The notes: generated by a model from the sequence alone, not told the origin. A stretch of DNA of 64,000 nt from Vicugna vicugna (GCA_013265495.1 MU058423.1:6114939-6178938), one strand, 5' to 3'. Positions 1-13,091 are shown, numbered from the stretch's first letter. Numbers and translations: made by a program.

Positions 1-615
1 ATTTTTATATTAAAACAGATTCATCGTTTACTACATTTCTCATTGTTCAGATAATTGTATGTCCTTTTGGAAAATATTTAGTATTTCTGACCCAGTTTCA
101 GCTTTGTCCCAAATGACTACATTTGAGTTTAGAGAATGAATAGAAATTGGGGATTGCCTTTCTGTGTGATAGCACTTGAACTGCAACTGACTGCCCGCTG
201 AAAGGTAAGGGAAGTAGTTGTCAACAAGATTTAAAGTTACTGTCAAGTCTATACAGCCACACTGGAATGGTTACAGAAGGAACATGATTTTGTTGAAATT
301 AAGTACCAACAACTACTGAACCATGGATATGCACATTGGTTATCATTAACGCTTGACACCTGCATCTTCTTTGATTTGCTTAAGTTGTTTTCTTGTCAGA
401 AACAAAGTGCCCTACAGTAAGATCCTCTTCAATTTTCTTTAAAATTTAGAGTACATATTTGTGTTTATGAATCTTAGTCAATGGGAGTATATTTTCTTTT
501 TAACTGTTTTACTTATTGAAATTTGCAAGGAAGTCAGCTGCCAGATGAGGAAATACTTGGAATTTCTTTTAGTGTGAAATTTTTTGACCTAAAAATGTCA
601 ATAGAAATAAAATAA

Positions 616-637
616 CTAGCTAGCTAGCTAGCTAGCT
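616..637. repeat. (CTAG)n self-complementary microsatellite
   Basis: ctagctagctagctagctagct read directly. Confidence 0.9.
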
Positions 638-1319
638 CCCTGAGGCATACTGAAGAGGTGTTGATAAATAATCTTCATGTGTTGGATCGTTTTGTTCTCC
701 TCCTTGATATTAGAATAATATATTTGGTAGGAGTTAATATATTGGTGAAATTAGGAATAGTTAAAAAGAAATAAAAGGTTCAGATTTCTATAAATCAATA
801 CATTCTTACAAATTCTTAAAATATGCTAAGAAATTTTAGATTTGGAGGCAATAAGACAAAAATGGTATACAAATTTCAGGGAGTTCATAGTTTAGTAGTT
901 GTAAGAGGACCATTTTTCTCTTTTTTGAGAGCAGTTGGTATTTATTGTACAAAAACAGTCAGACTATTTTGCTAGTTTTCAGAAGTGAAACAGAATGTTA
1001 CAGTTCTGAATTATAACTATATCATAAATGGATTGCTAAGGCAAGAAAATGATCTGTTTTTTTCATTCTAATGGTTATTAACTTATAAATATAGCCCCAA
1101 GTTTATAAAATCAAACATATTCATATATTGATCCCTGGAAAATTTCCAGAATTTTTTATGCTTTCAAAATACCTCATTTATAGGAAGCCATAAGTCTATT
1201 CCTAACTTGTCCCTGGTTTTAGTATTAATTTATCAGTTTTTAAGTCTTACCCTCCTTGGTAGGATTCGTTACTGCTCCTCAGTTTCTCTAGCTAGATAAA
1301 AACTATCTTCATATGTCCA

Positions 1320-1320
<1 letters not shown>

Positions 1321-1353
<33 letters not shown>
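1321..1353. repeat. (TA)n microsatellite
   Basis: About 16 uninterrupted TA units. Confidence 0.95.
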
Positions 1354-1358
<5 letters not shown>

Positions 1359-2444
1359 TGTTATTATTATCTGTGTGTTTGTGTTTCTACACATCTAACT
1401 TATCTTTTTCAAATGTCAACTTTAGTAATTATAGGACATTTGGTCAGTATGAACTGTAACTATAGTCTGAACATGCTTAACATGAAGATAGTACTTTTAT
1501 CCAAGTATCTAGGACAGTAACTGGCACTTGGTAGATACTCAACTAGTTGACAAACTAAAATTATAATAAAACATGACTCTGCAGCTCTATCTAGGCAAAA
1601 CTCTCTTAGAGTACTAGACTATTAAAAATAATTGATTTAGAATTCAAACTTATTTAACTTCCATTAAAAAATAGCAAAACAGCATGTTGGAGTGATCTAA
1701 TTGTCAACAAACTAGCTTCCTTCTCTTTTGAGGCATACAGTGTTCTTAAAGGTATGAGAATCTAAAGACAAATAGAAGGTAAATGATGCAGATTTGCCTG
1801 TCAACTATCTATAAAGTGCTTAGGTGGCAATAATAAGCAACTTTATATACAGGGTGCATATATAACCCTGTATATAAAGGTGCCATTGACAGCAGTTAAT
1901 GAGTATGGAAATTGCTCAGGTCCTTTAGTAAAACCAACTTTAATATAACTACTGGAAGACTTTTAAAGGTTAAGGTTTTGATATGTGAAACTTTGGGCTC
2001 CAAGTTTGGAAAAACAGCAGAGGATCAAATCCAGCTATTTAAAATTACTTCACTAGAAACGTAATCACCTATATTTCCTTATGAACAGCATATGACCCCT
2101 TGAGTGCTGTCCTTCTTGCTCTAATGTATTGTCATTTGATCAGAACCCAACCTGTGTGTTTTATAGCAGCATGAGAGAGATTAGTGGCCTGAGGTGTAGT
2201 TTCCAAATAGTTAGAAAGTATTGCTAGCAAAGCAGACTGTCTGACATTAATCTCTGAAAATCTCCCTCAGTAGATAATCTATCAGTTAAGAGTGGAAGCA
2301 GTAAAATTGGATAAGAATTGCTTTTTTCTTTATTTTGAATCCTAAAAGGCAAATGCAAGTCGTTGAATAGCACTAGTGACAGATAATATGATTTGAGATT
2401 ATGTAGTTCAATGGTTCTGGACGCAACTGGCTGCATTTTCAAAA

Positions 2445-3140
2445 TTACTTCATATGATACAATAAAAAAAAAGATAACAAGTGTTGGTGAAAGTGAGGAG
2501 CTGGAATCCTCACATATTGTTGGTAAGGGTGTAAAATAGTGCAACCACTTTGGAAATCCATTTGGCATTTGTTTACTATGTTACATAAAATGTTACCATG
2601 AGACCTTAGTATTTGCACCCCTAGGTATCTACCCAAGAGAAATAAAAACATGTCTCTCAAAGACCAGTATATGAATGTTCATAGCAGCACTATTCATAAC
2701 AGCCCAAAGTGCCAACCATCCAAATGTCCCCAGTTGGGGAATGTGTAAATGTCATGTGACCTATCCAAACAGGGGAATCATATTTGACAATAAAGTAGGT
2801 TATATTACTGGTACTTGCTGAAATGGATGAACTTAAATAACATTACACTAAGTGAAAGAAGCTGGTCCCAAAAGATCACGTATTCTATGATGCCCTGCAT
2901 ATGAAACATCCAGAAAAGACAAATCTATAGAAAAGAAAGAAGACTAGTGGTGGCTTAGGTTGAGGTGGGGATAAGAGGTGACTCAGTGGGCATTATGTTT
3001 CTTTTGGGTGTATGGAAATGTTCTAAATTCAGATTATGAGGATACCAACACTCCATACATTTACTAAAAATCATTGAGTTGTGTGATTAAAATAGGTCAG
3101 TTTTTTGGTGTGTAACTCATACCTCAATGAAACTTTAAAA
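2445..3140 (+). mobile_element. Ancient LINE-1 3' end (L1MB-like): ORF2 C-terminus plus 3'UTR
   Basis: Degenerate L1 motifs 'aagtgttggtga...gtgtaaaatagtgcaaccactttggaaa', 'gaatgttcatagcagcactattcataacagccc', 'tacactaagtgaaagaagc' and terminal 'tacctcaatgaaac'. Subfamily from recalled consensus. Confidence 0.85.
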
Positions 3141-3258
3141 ATTAGGTGCTAGCTATTTCCTTCTCAATTTCCTACTTGTAGCAATTAATCATTTTGGTAC
3201 GATTATATTATATTCACTTCTTTAACTTTCGTTAGCTCTCTTCTGTGACAGTTTTATC

Positions 3259-3294
3259 GTGTGTGTGTGTGTGTGTGTGTGCGTGTGTGTGTGT
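3259..3294. repeat. (GT)n microsatellite
   Basis: GT run with one GC interruption. Confidence 0.95.
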
Positions 3295-5399
3295 TAGGTT
3301 ATGGCTAAAAGGTACTTTTATACTCCTGTTTTGTGGTATTCCCAGAGGTCATTGATGGAAGTTAGATGCATAAACTTTCAAAAACTTTATAAATTTGTAG
3401 GAAACAATAAGAAAATAGGAAATACTTTCAGTATGGAAGGAAAGACAAAATTAATATGTTAAAAAATCCTGAAAAGCTGATTAAAAACATTTTATGAAGG
3501 TTGTCATTGAGAGCTACTGTTCCTAGTTATTTAGTGTACTGCATGCAATCTGGCTTAAATGTTGCTTTCTCAGCCACAAAAACCAAAAACCATCTGTAGT
3601 TATGTTTGCGTATGAAGACAGCACTGTGAAATGAAATTACAATTGCTCAAGGTATACTCTCATCAGAATAATATATATTTGGTTTCTTTAAGACCCAAAG
3701 GATAGGAAACAACATCATCTGCCAAAATTCTCTATGCCAATCAGCATCACAATAAAATCAATAAAGGTAGTATTTCAATCTTAGTTGGGCCTTTTTGCTC
3801 TTCTAGGTCATAATCAGTTATATTTAATAATTAGTATTGTAAAAGCATAATAAATATAATGAGATCATTGTATGTGGTCAGTGATCTTGAGAGTAAAGAA
3901 ATCTCTGTGGGAACTTAATATAAGCAGGAAAGAATCAGTCAGTCTTATAGCTTTGTGACTCTTGATCCTGCTTTTTCATTTTTGATTACAATTCCTCATT
4001 TTATTTCTACAGACTGTAACACTGATGTAAGATGACAATCTGATTTTATTCCAGTTAAAAGAAGACTTCATTCATAGCATACTTATAATTAATAAGTAAT
4101 GTTGAATTCTCAATTGTAATACATTACTTATTATGTAACTGTGTATCTTTCAGCTTTGGTGAGAAAAATTAATTTTTAGCAAATAACTACTGGCAGATTT
4201 TGGTTTTTAAAAGTGATTTTGAAAGTACCTCATTGCTGAGGAATTTGGAGACTTAGTGGTCATCATTGTTGTAAACAATGTTTTGCAAAAGATTCTGAAA
4301 TAATAATAGTATTGAAAAAATATACTAATGATAGTAAATTATGACCTGAAATAATGTTTAATAATAAATATATGAACATTCAAAATCCTTATGAAAGAAT
4401 TATGAACTGGAGGGGCAATTTGAGGAGACAAATTCTGGGGAACAGAATTAAACATTTCATCTTTCCTGCAGTTCAGGTTATATTTCTGATTTTTCCTTTT
4501 AACTTTAAGTTTTTAAAATAGAGAATTGCAAAATATTGAAATGACCCAGTTTGGAGACATATATAAATGTTTCCTTCTCTCAACCAGCAGTTTAGACATC
4601 AGGAATAATAGCTGGCTTATAAAGAATAAAAAAACTTTCTAATATAACTAAAATTACATCACTGGGACTCTTAAAAAAAGCATAAAAATCATTCAGCCAT
4701 ATCCTATAATATTCTTTGTACTATCTCTAGTTGTTATTTTTAACAGGGCAAAGATTATATTTGGCATTTATTGACTTCAACTTGAAATTAATTTTTTTCA
4801 GAGGCAACAAATCCTGGCTTCTGTTTGTTTTAATGATATTTTAGTTGAATTTATATTATAAACTAGAAAAATGTGATACATGGCTTTTATTTTTAATGAG
4901 TGATTTTTAGTATCAAGGGGTCGTTATATCAGATCATAAAAAGATTCATGACAAAGAAAATTAAATGACAATTGTTTAATTGTCACAAAAATCTCAAATA
5001 TATATAGAGAGCCAAGCATTGCCTTGGGCAGAAATGTGACGTCTTTTTTATGAATCACAATGAAAAATAAAAGCAATAATATATGTGGGAAAATTTGTAA
5101 ATATGTGTAAAAATTGATGTATGTTTTTTGTCCTTTAATTTATTTAAAAATAAAACACATGGAATAAAATTGTATATATCTATTATGTTATCACATAATG
5201 CAAATTTAAGAACTTTGCTTATTTTTCTTGCTTGTCTTGCTTTCCATATCATTTTGCAACACTTTCTTTCTGAAGTTTCTTCCCTTGTCGACATGCCAAC
5301 ATTCTCCCTACATCATCACAGTACATAAATTCAATAATTTCATCTTTAAATTTTTATTTTCCCATAACCCCATATTTTACTCTTCTCTTTATTATGCTT

Positions 5400-6953
5400 A
5401 ATGATGATATGATAGTTTCCCCTTTTGTTTATTTTCAACCTCTCTTTGCCTTCATATTTAAGTGTGTTTGGCATAAACGGTTTTTCTCTTAGTCCTGTCT
5501 GACAACCTCTCCCTTTTACATGGCATGTTTAGTCCATTTACCTTTAATGATAAGTACTGCTATGACCATTTTTACATATATCATCTTGCCGTTTGGTCTC
5601 CACATGTTTCATTTGTTGTCTCTCCTTTCTGGCTTATTTCCTGTCTTGCTTTGGCTGAAGTGAGTTATTTTTAGTTTTTGTATTCTGTTTTATCTTGTCT
5701 ATTAACTGCTTTACTTTACCTCTTTTTACTAATTTCATGAGAATTTACCACATGCATGCTTAAGTTATTACAGTCTATCTTTAAATTATATTCTTCTCCA
5801 CAAATAATGTAAAATACATGACAAGAGTACAATTCTATTAATCTCACCATAGTTTGCATTCTTACTTTTTAAAAACTTTCTCACAAGTTCTAAACCCAAA
5901 TGTACATTGTTTTTATTTTTGCTTTAAACAAACTTTTAAAGAAAAATATGTTTTTATGTATACACAGATATTTGTATAACAAATATTTTAAATGTCTTTT
6001 TATATTTACTCATACACTTATGCTTTTTCATGCTGTTCTGCTGTTCTGCTCTTCTGCAGATCCTGCTCTGATTCAGAATATTCCTCTGCATCCCAAGAAA
6101 TGTTTGCTGTTCTTATATCGTAAATCATCAGATGCCTGTCAGCTTTTACCTGGCAGAAATTTTTAAAAATTTTTTCATGATATTATTTCTGTGTATAGAC
6201 TTTTAGTTGGACAATTTTGTTTTGGATTGTTGCCTCCTCTTTCCATTTTTTAAAAAGATTGTGTAAAAAATACATTAATTCTTATTTAAATATTTCATAG
6301 GAATCTAAGATTTCTTTTAGGGAGACTTTAAATTATGAATTAAATGTTATTAATGGTTTTAGTATTATCCAGGTCCTCATCTTGGTGGCATTTTGGCAGT
6401 CTGTGGTTTTTAAGAAATTGGTTTATTTCTTCTGAATTTCAATGGACAGTTGGTCATAGAATTCCTTGTAACTTTTTTTTAATGACTATGAGAGCTCTTG
6501 TTTTATTCCCCGTGTTAGAAATGTGTCTTTTCTCTTTTTATATTTTTCAATCTTACTAAAGGTTTATCAATTTTATCGATTATTCTGAAGAACCAGCTTT
6601 GTATTTCACTGACATTCTCTATTTTTCTTCAGTTTTATTTATTTCTGTTCTTATCATGATTATTTCTTTTCTTCTGCTCGCTTTGGATTTATTTGGCTCT
6701 TTTTTTTTCCCCTCGTATTATGTTGTGTGTTCATTATAACCCTGGTGATACAAATGTTTGATATTTTGTTATTGACCAACAGATCCCTAAGGTACTCCTT
6801 CCTTTCTTCCTTCTTTTCTTTTTCTTCTTTCTCTTTCTTTCTCCCTTCCTTCCTTCGTTTCTCCCTTCCTTCCTTCCTTTCTCCCTTCCTTCCTTCCTTC
6901 CTTTCTCTCTCTCTCTTCCTTCCTTTCTCTCTCTCTCTTCCTTCCTCCCTTTC

Positions 6954-7028
<75 letters not shown>

Positions 7029-8354
7029 CTCTCTCTCTCTCTCTTTAAAAAAAAATTCTTTCTTTCTTCTCTCTTTCTTTCTTTCTGTCTCTCTTTCTTT
7101 CTTTCTTTCTCTCTCTCTCTCTCTCTCTCTGTCTTTCTCCCTTTCTCTCTCTCTCTTTCTTTCTTTCTTTTTTTCTTCCTTTCTTCCTTCCTTTCCATCG
7201 TTGAGATTGGGTAGATTCTTTTGATTTATTTCCTTAAGTTTACTTATTCTATTCTCTGTTTTCTCCATTCTATTTTTCAGCTTATCCAACAACATTTAAA
7301 TTGTTGTTATTTTAGTTGTCAGTATAATTTACTTTCTTTTTTATAACATCTGCTTCTTTGATTAAATTTTCTAATTTCTATTCATTTTAAGAGAATTTGT
7401 AATTGTCTATGGAATATTTATGAAGGCTGCTTTAAAATTCTTATTAAATAATCCCAACATCTGATTCGTCTTGGTGTTGGCATGAGTTAATTACTTTTTC
7501 TCACTTACGTTTTGATTTTCCTGGTTCCTACTAAGATGGTAAATTTTTTCATTGTATTCTAGATTTTCTGACTATTATGGTAAGAGACTCTTGGTCATAT
7601 TTAAAGCTCTTACTTGGCAGGAAGTCATCTAGTTTAAGTTTTGCGTATAGGTTCTGGCCAGTTTTGTGGGCTGTGGTTCCAATGGTGATCTAGATTTCTG
7701 TCACTGAGGTTCTGTTTGGTCTGTTTGATTTATCTCATGCTAGCAGAGCTCATATTTTCTTTTCGGTCCTTCTTGAGGGCATGGGTGATCCTTCTCTAAC
7801 TAAGCTGCCTGGTGCTCTTAGGTGAAAGAAAGGAATTTCCAGCCCATGGAACAGAGCAATTCTGGTCAGGGCATTGTGGCCAAATCCCCCTTGTGGGTAT
7901 TCTTGAACCATTCTAGGTCTCTGTATGCGTGAGGGAAGCATCAAACCCATCAGGCAAAAAGGAACATTTCTTCTGGTGGCCTATGGTTAGTGTGCTCTCC
8001 AGTTGGTCCTACTTGCCAGTTCTTCCTGGCTTGCCTGGTGTTTTCCACTGGATTTGTGTTTGATCATGGTGGGAGGTGGGAGGTGAATTTACTTGGGCTG
8101 CCTTCTGTTGCTAGTTTGGGAGTCAAGAAATGCCAGATCCAGTAGGATTTTCTGTTGAGTGGGGGAATTGTAAGAAACCCTGTGCTATGTTTTGTTTTGT
8201 TTTGCCAGTGCTGGGACTCCTAACCAATATGCCTTCCTTTTACATCTGTCAGAATTTGCCTTTGGTTGTCTATTGTTCAGGGTTTATAGTTGTACTTAGC
8301 AAACAGAAGCAGAGAGAGAAGTGTCTATGTCATTTCACCTGGATCAGAAGTCTC
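5400..8354 (-). mobile_element. Ancient LINE-1 (L1ME-like) fragments: 5'UTR, ORF1 and ORF2 pieces
   Basis: Minus-strand ORF 6660-7295 contains ORF1-like 'KNRMEKTENRISKL' and 'LRDLL..NKISNICITRVI' plus an ORF2-like tail. The reverse complement of 8250-8354 resembles an L1ME 5' end ('ctaagtacaactataaaccctg'); 5400-5600 resembles the ORF2 start. Boundaries approximate. Confidence 0.75.
6795..7196. repeat. Compound pyrimidine microsatellite (TTCC)n/(TC)n/(TTTC)n, ~400 bp
   Basis: Almost purely C/T on the + strand, apart from an A-run near 7046-7056 and a few G. Confidence 0.95.
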
Positions 8355-8369
8355 TATTACTTATTTTGA

Positions 8370-8900
8370 ACCTACATTATGTGCCAAACACTTAGTTTGG
8401 TCTTTTTCTTTTTCTAAGACTTCATGGCATTTATAATTTAGTAGGAAACAAATGCAAATAATACTTGCTTACAGTAATATGTGATACATTCTATGATAAA
8501 GGCAGTATGAAGTATTATCAAAGTTCATAGCATGAAAACCCAATATACTCAATTGGGATAAGTCACGACAGTTTAGAATTAGTTACTTTAAAAGCAAGAA
8601 CAAAGTTAGAGAGTTAGATAAAGTAGAGAGTTAGATAAAGTAACAGAGAGAATATTATAGGCAAAAATCCTCTTGAATGCAGTGTTGCAGGATAAGTGAA
8701 AAGAAATGTAAATGGTAAATGCAAAATTAATCGAATATATGGTTTAAAGAAGACAGGGGTAGATGCAGACTCTGGGTATCCTTGAAGTACTAGGAACTTA
8801 GTGAATGGTTTTAAGCAAGGGAATGATAAACATTTTGCAATATCACCCTAAATGACACGTCAACTACTGAAACAGGAAAAAAATGGAGATTGGATGGGAA
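8370..8900 (-). mobile_element. Degraded L2 LINE fragment
   Basis: 'cctacattatgtgccaaacact' and 'gaatggttttaagcaagggaatgata' are typical antisense L2 motifs. Confidence 0.5.
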
Positions 8901-9309
8901 CAGATGATAGTAGTATTTTGTTTTGTATCAGCAAATTTAGGTCCTAATAGATAGTTGGGAATATTTAGTTACTTTGTAACATAGTTAATCAAAAGCTTCA
9001 TTGTGAGAGAATGCTTCTGCTGAGCCAGAACTGACTCCATATCATTAGCATTTTGAATCATCATGCCCTATCTATCTTCTGAAAGAAAACACCCAGCCCA
9101 GCTGCATTTTTCAGCATGGTAGACAATCCAGAGCCAGCATTAGATATAATGGCATGGAGTCTACATAAACAATTAACAGTAATACCATTCTAAACACACA
9201 TAACTAAGCATTTAATTTGAATTTAATGAAACAGTTCTTCTATGTTAAGTATGATCATGAATATTAATGGGCTTGAAGAAAGCATTTGGCTAAATAAAAA
9301 GTTAAGATC

Positions 9310-9330
9310 AATAAAATGACACTAAGAATA
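9310..9330 (+). repeat. Left target-site duplication of young L1
   Basis: Identical to 11241-11261. The last ~4 nt (aata) may be microhomology with L1 ORF2. Confidence 0.92.
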
Positions 9331-10865
9331 GCACCCAAAGTAATAAAATACCTAGGAATAAATTTAACCATGGAAGTGAAAGACTTATACACAGAAAACT
9401 ATAAACCATTGATGAAGGAAATTAAAGAAGACTTTAAAAAATGGAAAGATATTCCATGCTCCTGGACTGGAAGAATCAATATTAAAATGGTCACACTGCC
9501 CAAGGCAATCTACAGATTTAATGCAATCCTTATCAAATTACCCAGGACATATTTCACAGAACAAGAACAAATCATAATAAAATTTATATGGAACCACAAG
9601 AGACCTAGAATTGCCAAAGCATTACTGAAGAAAAAGAAAGAGGCTGGAGGAATAACTCTCCCAGACTTCAGACAATACTACAGAGCTACAGTAATCAAGA
9701 CAGCATGATATTGGTACAAAAACAGACATATAGACCAATGGAACAGAATAGAGAGCCCAGAAATGAACCCACAAACTTCTGGTCAACTGATCTTTGATAA
9801 AGGAAGCAAGAATATACAATGGAATAAAGACAGTCTCTTCAGCAAAGAGTGTTGGGAAAGCTGGACAGCAGCATGTAAATCAATGAAGCTAGAACACCCC
9901 CTTACACCATACACAAAAATAAACTCAAAATGGATCAAAGACTTAAACATAAGACAAGATACAATAAACCTTCTAGAAGAAAATATAAACAAAACATTGT
10001 CTGACATACATCTCAAAAACTTTCTCCTAGGGCAGTCTACCCAAGCAATAGAAATAAAAGCAAGAATAAACAAATAGGACCTAATTAAACTTGCAAGCTT
10101 CTGCACAGCACAGGAAACTATAAGTAAAACAAAATGAAAGCCTACGGAATGGAGGAAAATTTTTGCAAACAATGAAACTGACGAAGAGTTGATCTCCAGC
10201 ATATATAAGCAGCTCATATGACATAATAAGAAAGAAACAAATAACCCAATCCAAAAATGGGCAGAAGACCTAAACAAGCAATTCTCCAAGGAAGACATAC
10301 AAATGATCAAAAGGCACATGAAAAAATGCTCAATATCACTAATTATCAGAGAAATGCAAATCAAAACTATGGTGAGGTATCACCTCACACCAGCCAGAAT
10401 GGCCATTATTCAAAAGTCCACAAATGACAATGCTGGAGAGGCTGTGGAGAAAAGGGAACCCTCCTACACTGCTGGTGGGAATGCAGTTTGGTGCAGCCAC
10501 TGTGGAAAACAGTATGGAGTTTCCTCAAAAGACTAGGAATAGACTTACTGTATGACCCAGTCATCCTGCTCCTGGGCATATATCCAGAAGGAACCCTACT
10601 TCAAAATAACACCGGCACCCCAATGTTCACAGCAGCACTATTTACAATAGCCAAGACATGGAAACAACCTAAATGTCCATCAACAGATGACTGGATAAAG
10701 AAAAGGTGGTATATTTATACAATGGAACACTATTCAGCCATAAAAACTGACAATGTAACGCCATCTGCAGCAACATGGATGTTCCTGGAGAATGTCATTC
10801 TAAGTGAAGTAAGCCGGAAAGAGAAAGAAAAATACCATATGAGATTGCTTATATGTGGAATCTAA
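9331..10865 (+). pseudogene. Disrupted L1 ORF2 (post-RT region and C-terminal CCHC zinc knuckle)
   Basis: ORFs 9316-9708, 9763-10077, 10303-10536 and 10488-10865 are colinear ORF2 segments split by stops and a frameshift near 10430. [18 protein letters not shown] is readable from 10431. Confidence 0.93.
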
Positions 10866-11192
10866 AAAAAAAAAAAAGAACAAATACAGGACAGAAATAG
10901 ACTCATAGACATAGAATACAAACTTGTGATTGCCAAGGCGGCAGGGGTTGGGAAGGGACAGAATGGTATTTCAAAATTTGTAGATACTGACAGGCATATG
11001 TAGAATAGATAAACAAGATTATATTGTATAGCACAGGGAAATATATACAAGATCTTGTGGTAGCTCACAGTGAAAAAAAAATGTGACAGTGAGTATATGT
11101 ATGTTCATGTAAAACTGAAAAATTGTGCTCTACACTGGAATTTGACACAACATTGTAAAATGACCATAACTCATTAAAAAATGTTAAAAAAA
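9331..11192 (+). mobile_element. Young 5'-truncated LINE-1 (3' part of ORF2 plus 3'UTR), camelid-like
   Basis: ORF2 peptides [36 protein letters not shown] and QPLWKTVW. The 3'UTR ends 'aaaaaatgttaaaaaaa'. Flanked by a perfect 21-bp direct repeat aataaaatgacactaagaata (9310-9330, 11241-11261). Confidence 0.97.
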
Positions 11193-11240
11193 GAATTCCC
11201 ATAAAATAAAAATAGAATCTGGATACTAATAATTAAAAAA

Positions 11241-11261
11241 AATAAAATGACACTAAGAATA
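11241..11261 (+). repeat. Right target-site duplication of young L1
   Basis: Identical to 9310-9330. Confidence 0.92.
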
Positions 11262-11609
11262 CATCAAATTGAGGAATCAAAAGGCTATTTATCAAAAACA
11301 CTATGTGTAGGGCATATTCTCTTATTCATTTATACAGTAAATGACTATATATTTAAAATTCTGGCCAAAGAAGAGTTTTCATGTGTTTCTGGAATTAATT
11401 GACCATTAAAGAGCTTATAGACACAGCAATATCTCCTGAAACAGAGTAGATCAAAAGCAATCTATATTTGTGTAATGGACACTACTTGGCCCACACCACT
11501 TGATTTTTCAACTGTATCAAGGGTGAAATCTACATTTGCTAAATGGTTTGTGTAGAAATATTACAAAAGAGAAGGGAGGCAGAGAGAAGGAGAAAGTTGA
11601 TATTTATAC

Positions 11610-11815
11610 AACTAGTATTTGTGAGCACTCATTTCTATGTTAGATAGTTTATTTATAATATTGAATTTAATTTTTTATAAAATAATTACTCCTAATTTAT
11701 AGGTAAGGAAGTATGTCTGTAATCACACAGCTATTAGCACATATTACAGTGGGTGATTTGGACCTACAGTCTAATCTAACTCTAAATCTCATAGCTTTTC
11801 CTTTTTAACCACACC
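11610..11815 (-). mobile_element. MIR SINE remnant
   Basis: 'ctcctaatttataggtaaggaa', 'tcacacagctattag' and 'gtctaatctaactctaaa' match the MIR core. Confidence 0.6.
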
Positions 11816-12990
11816 ATATGATTCCCCTCTCTTCTAAACAAGTAGACAGATAGATATTTCAAATTTTAAAGGAGAGATGAATATACATTATATTCCTTGT
11901 TAATTTCTTATGAGATATTTCATATGACATAGAAGCATCTTCCAAAGATGATTATAATTATAAGCTCTCTTACAGGATTAATAGGATAAGAGGGAAGGGA
12001 TCAATTAAAACTCACATATTTTGTCATTTATTCCCCCCTCTGTATTTTTTAAACTAATACAATGGACATGTACATTACTATAAATGAAATTACAAGATAG
12101 ATGGGAAGAGTATCAACATATATGAAAAATACTTCATGCCAATACAATGAGATGTCACAATAGAAATCTTGGGAAGGGAGAAGTCAATGTGTAACAACAT
12201 ACATGATTTTATGAAAAAGATGGTACTTAAGTTGGGCGTTAAAGTGGGAGTAAGAAATGGATAGATGAAGAAGGGAAAATCATGTCTCTGGATTTATACA
12301 AGGAAGTAAAAATAGATAGATACAGTTGGAATGGATAATCCAATTCCAGAAAGTAACAGGCTGAAATTTATGGTCTTCCTATTTTTCTTAAATCTGCAAC
12401 CATTTGATTGAATGGTTTCAAAATCAGTATTGCCTGAGGCTACAATCTTAATTTCACGTGGGTAGGAAGACACTCAGTGTTTTGGGCCTATAATTTTGAA
12501 CTTAGCTAATAGGCAAATTTAGAATATCTCTGTCCCAGGTGTTTGTGATTTTTCTGATATTCTCGTGTTGGCTTTAGTTTTGATAATAAAATTGTTGTAT
12601 ATGTAAAATTGTTTTGTCTTAGTAAATTACCTAGTAATTCACACCCTACAGATATTCTGCCTTACTCTTATCCATGTATATTTCTATGTCTGGAGTTCTC
12701 GAGAAATCTAACCCAGTGACTCGTATGTCTGTCTCCTAACAGCACTTGCAAATGCTGATTTGCAGGATGAAAACATTTGAGTCATTTAATTTTTTTTTCT
12801 AATCACTTTGCGATTCTGTCACAATATATATCACAATATATAACCTGCCTGCCTGTCCGAATATGTAACTGCCCTTATGCCTTTCTATTTTCAGTTAGAT
12901 TTGACAATTACGGCTATTCCCTAGCAAAGTCAGATATATCTCAAGACAGACTTCTACCTCCTGGGATGGGCGTCCTTTCAGTGTGTGAAG

Positions 12991-13091
12991 TTTTTTTTTT
13001 TTTTTAACATTTTTTATTGATTTATAATCATGTTACAATGTTGTGTCAAATTCCAGTGTTCAGCACAATTTTTCAGTCATTCATGGACATA
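12991..13091 (-). mobile_element. Ultra-short (~100 bp) L1 3'-end insertion, same family as 9331-11192
   Basis: Poly(T) tail, then the reverse complement of the same 3'UTR end ('ctgaaaaattgtgct..acactggaatttgacacaacattgtaa'). TSD tcagtgtgtgaag(ttttt) at 12978 and 13092. Canonical TTTT/AA endonuclease site at 13105-13111. Confidence 0.95.

Noticed and set aside
173..210. 32-nt micro-exon with donor AAG|GTAAGG
   Set aside because: Stop codons in all three frames and a weak acceptor. It cannot be supported as coding, though a non-coding exon is not excluded
6660..7295. Long ORFs of 211, 165 and 154 aa (K/E/R-rich or F/L/S-rich)
   Set aside because: Translations of the TTTC/TC microsatellite, flanked by decayed L1 ORF1 and ORF2; not a gene
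9700..10140. Trp-to-stop G>A changes in L1 ORF2 as APOBEC editing
   Set aside because: Only two such events, in inconsistent dinucleotide contexts; ordinary decay is sufficient
9783..10364. 193-aa minus-strand ORF
   Set aside because: Antisense frame of L1 ORF2, a common artefact
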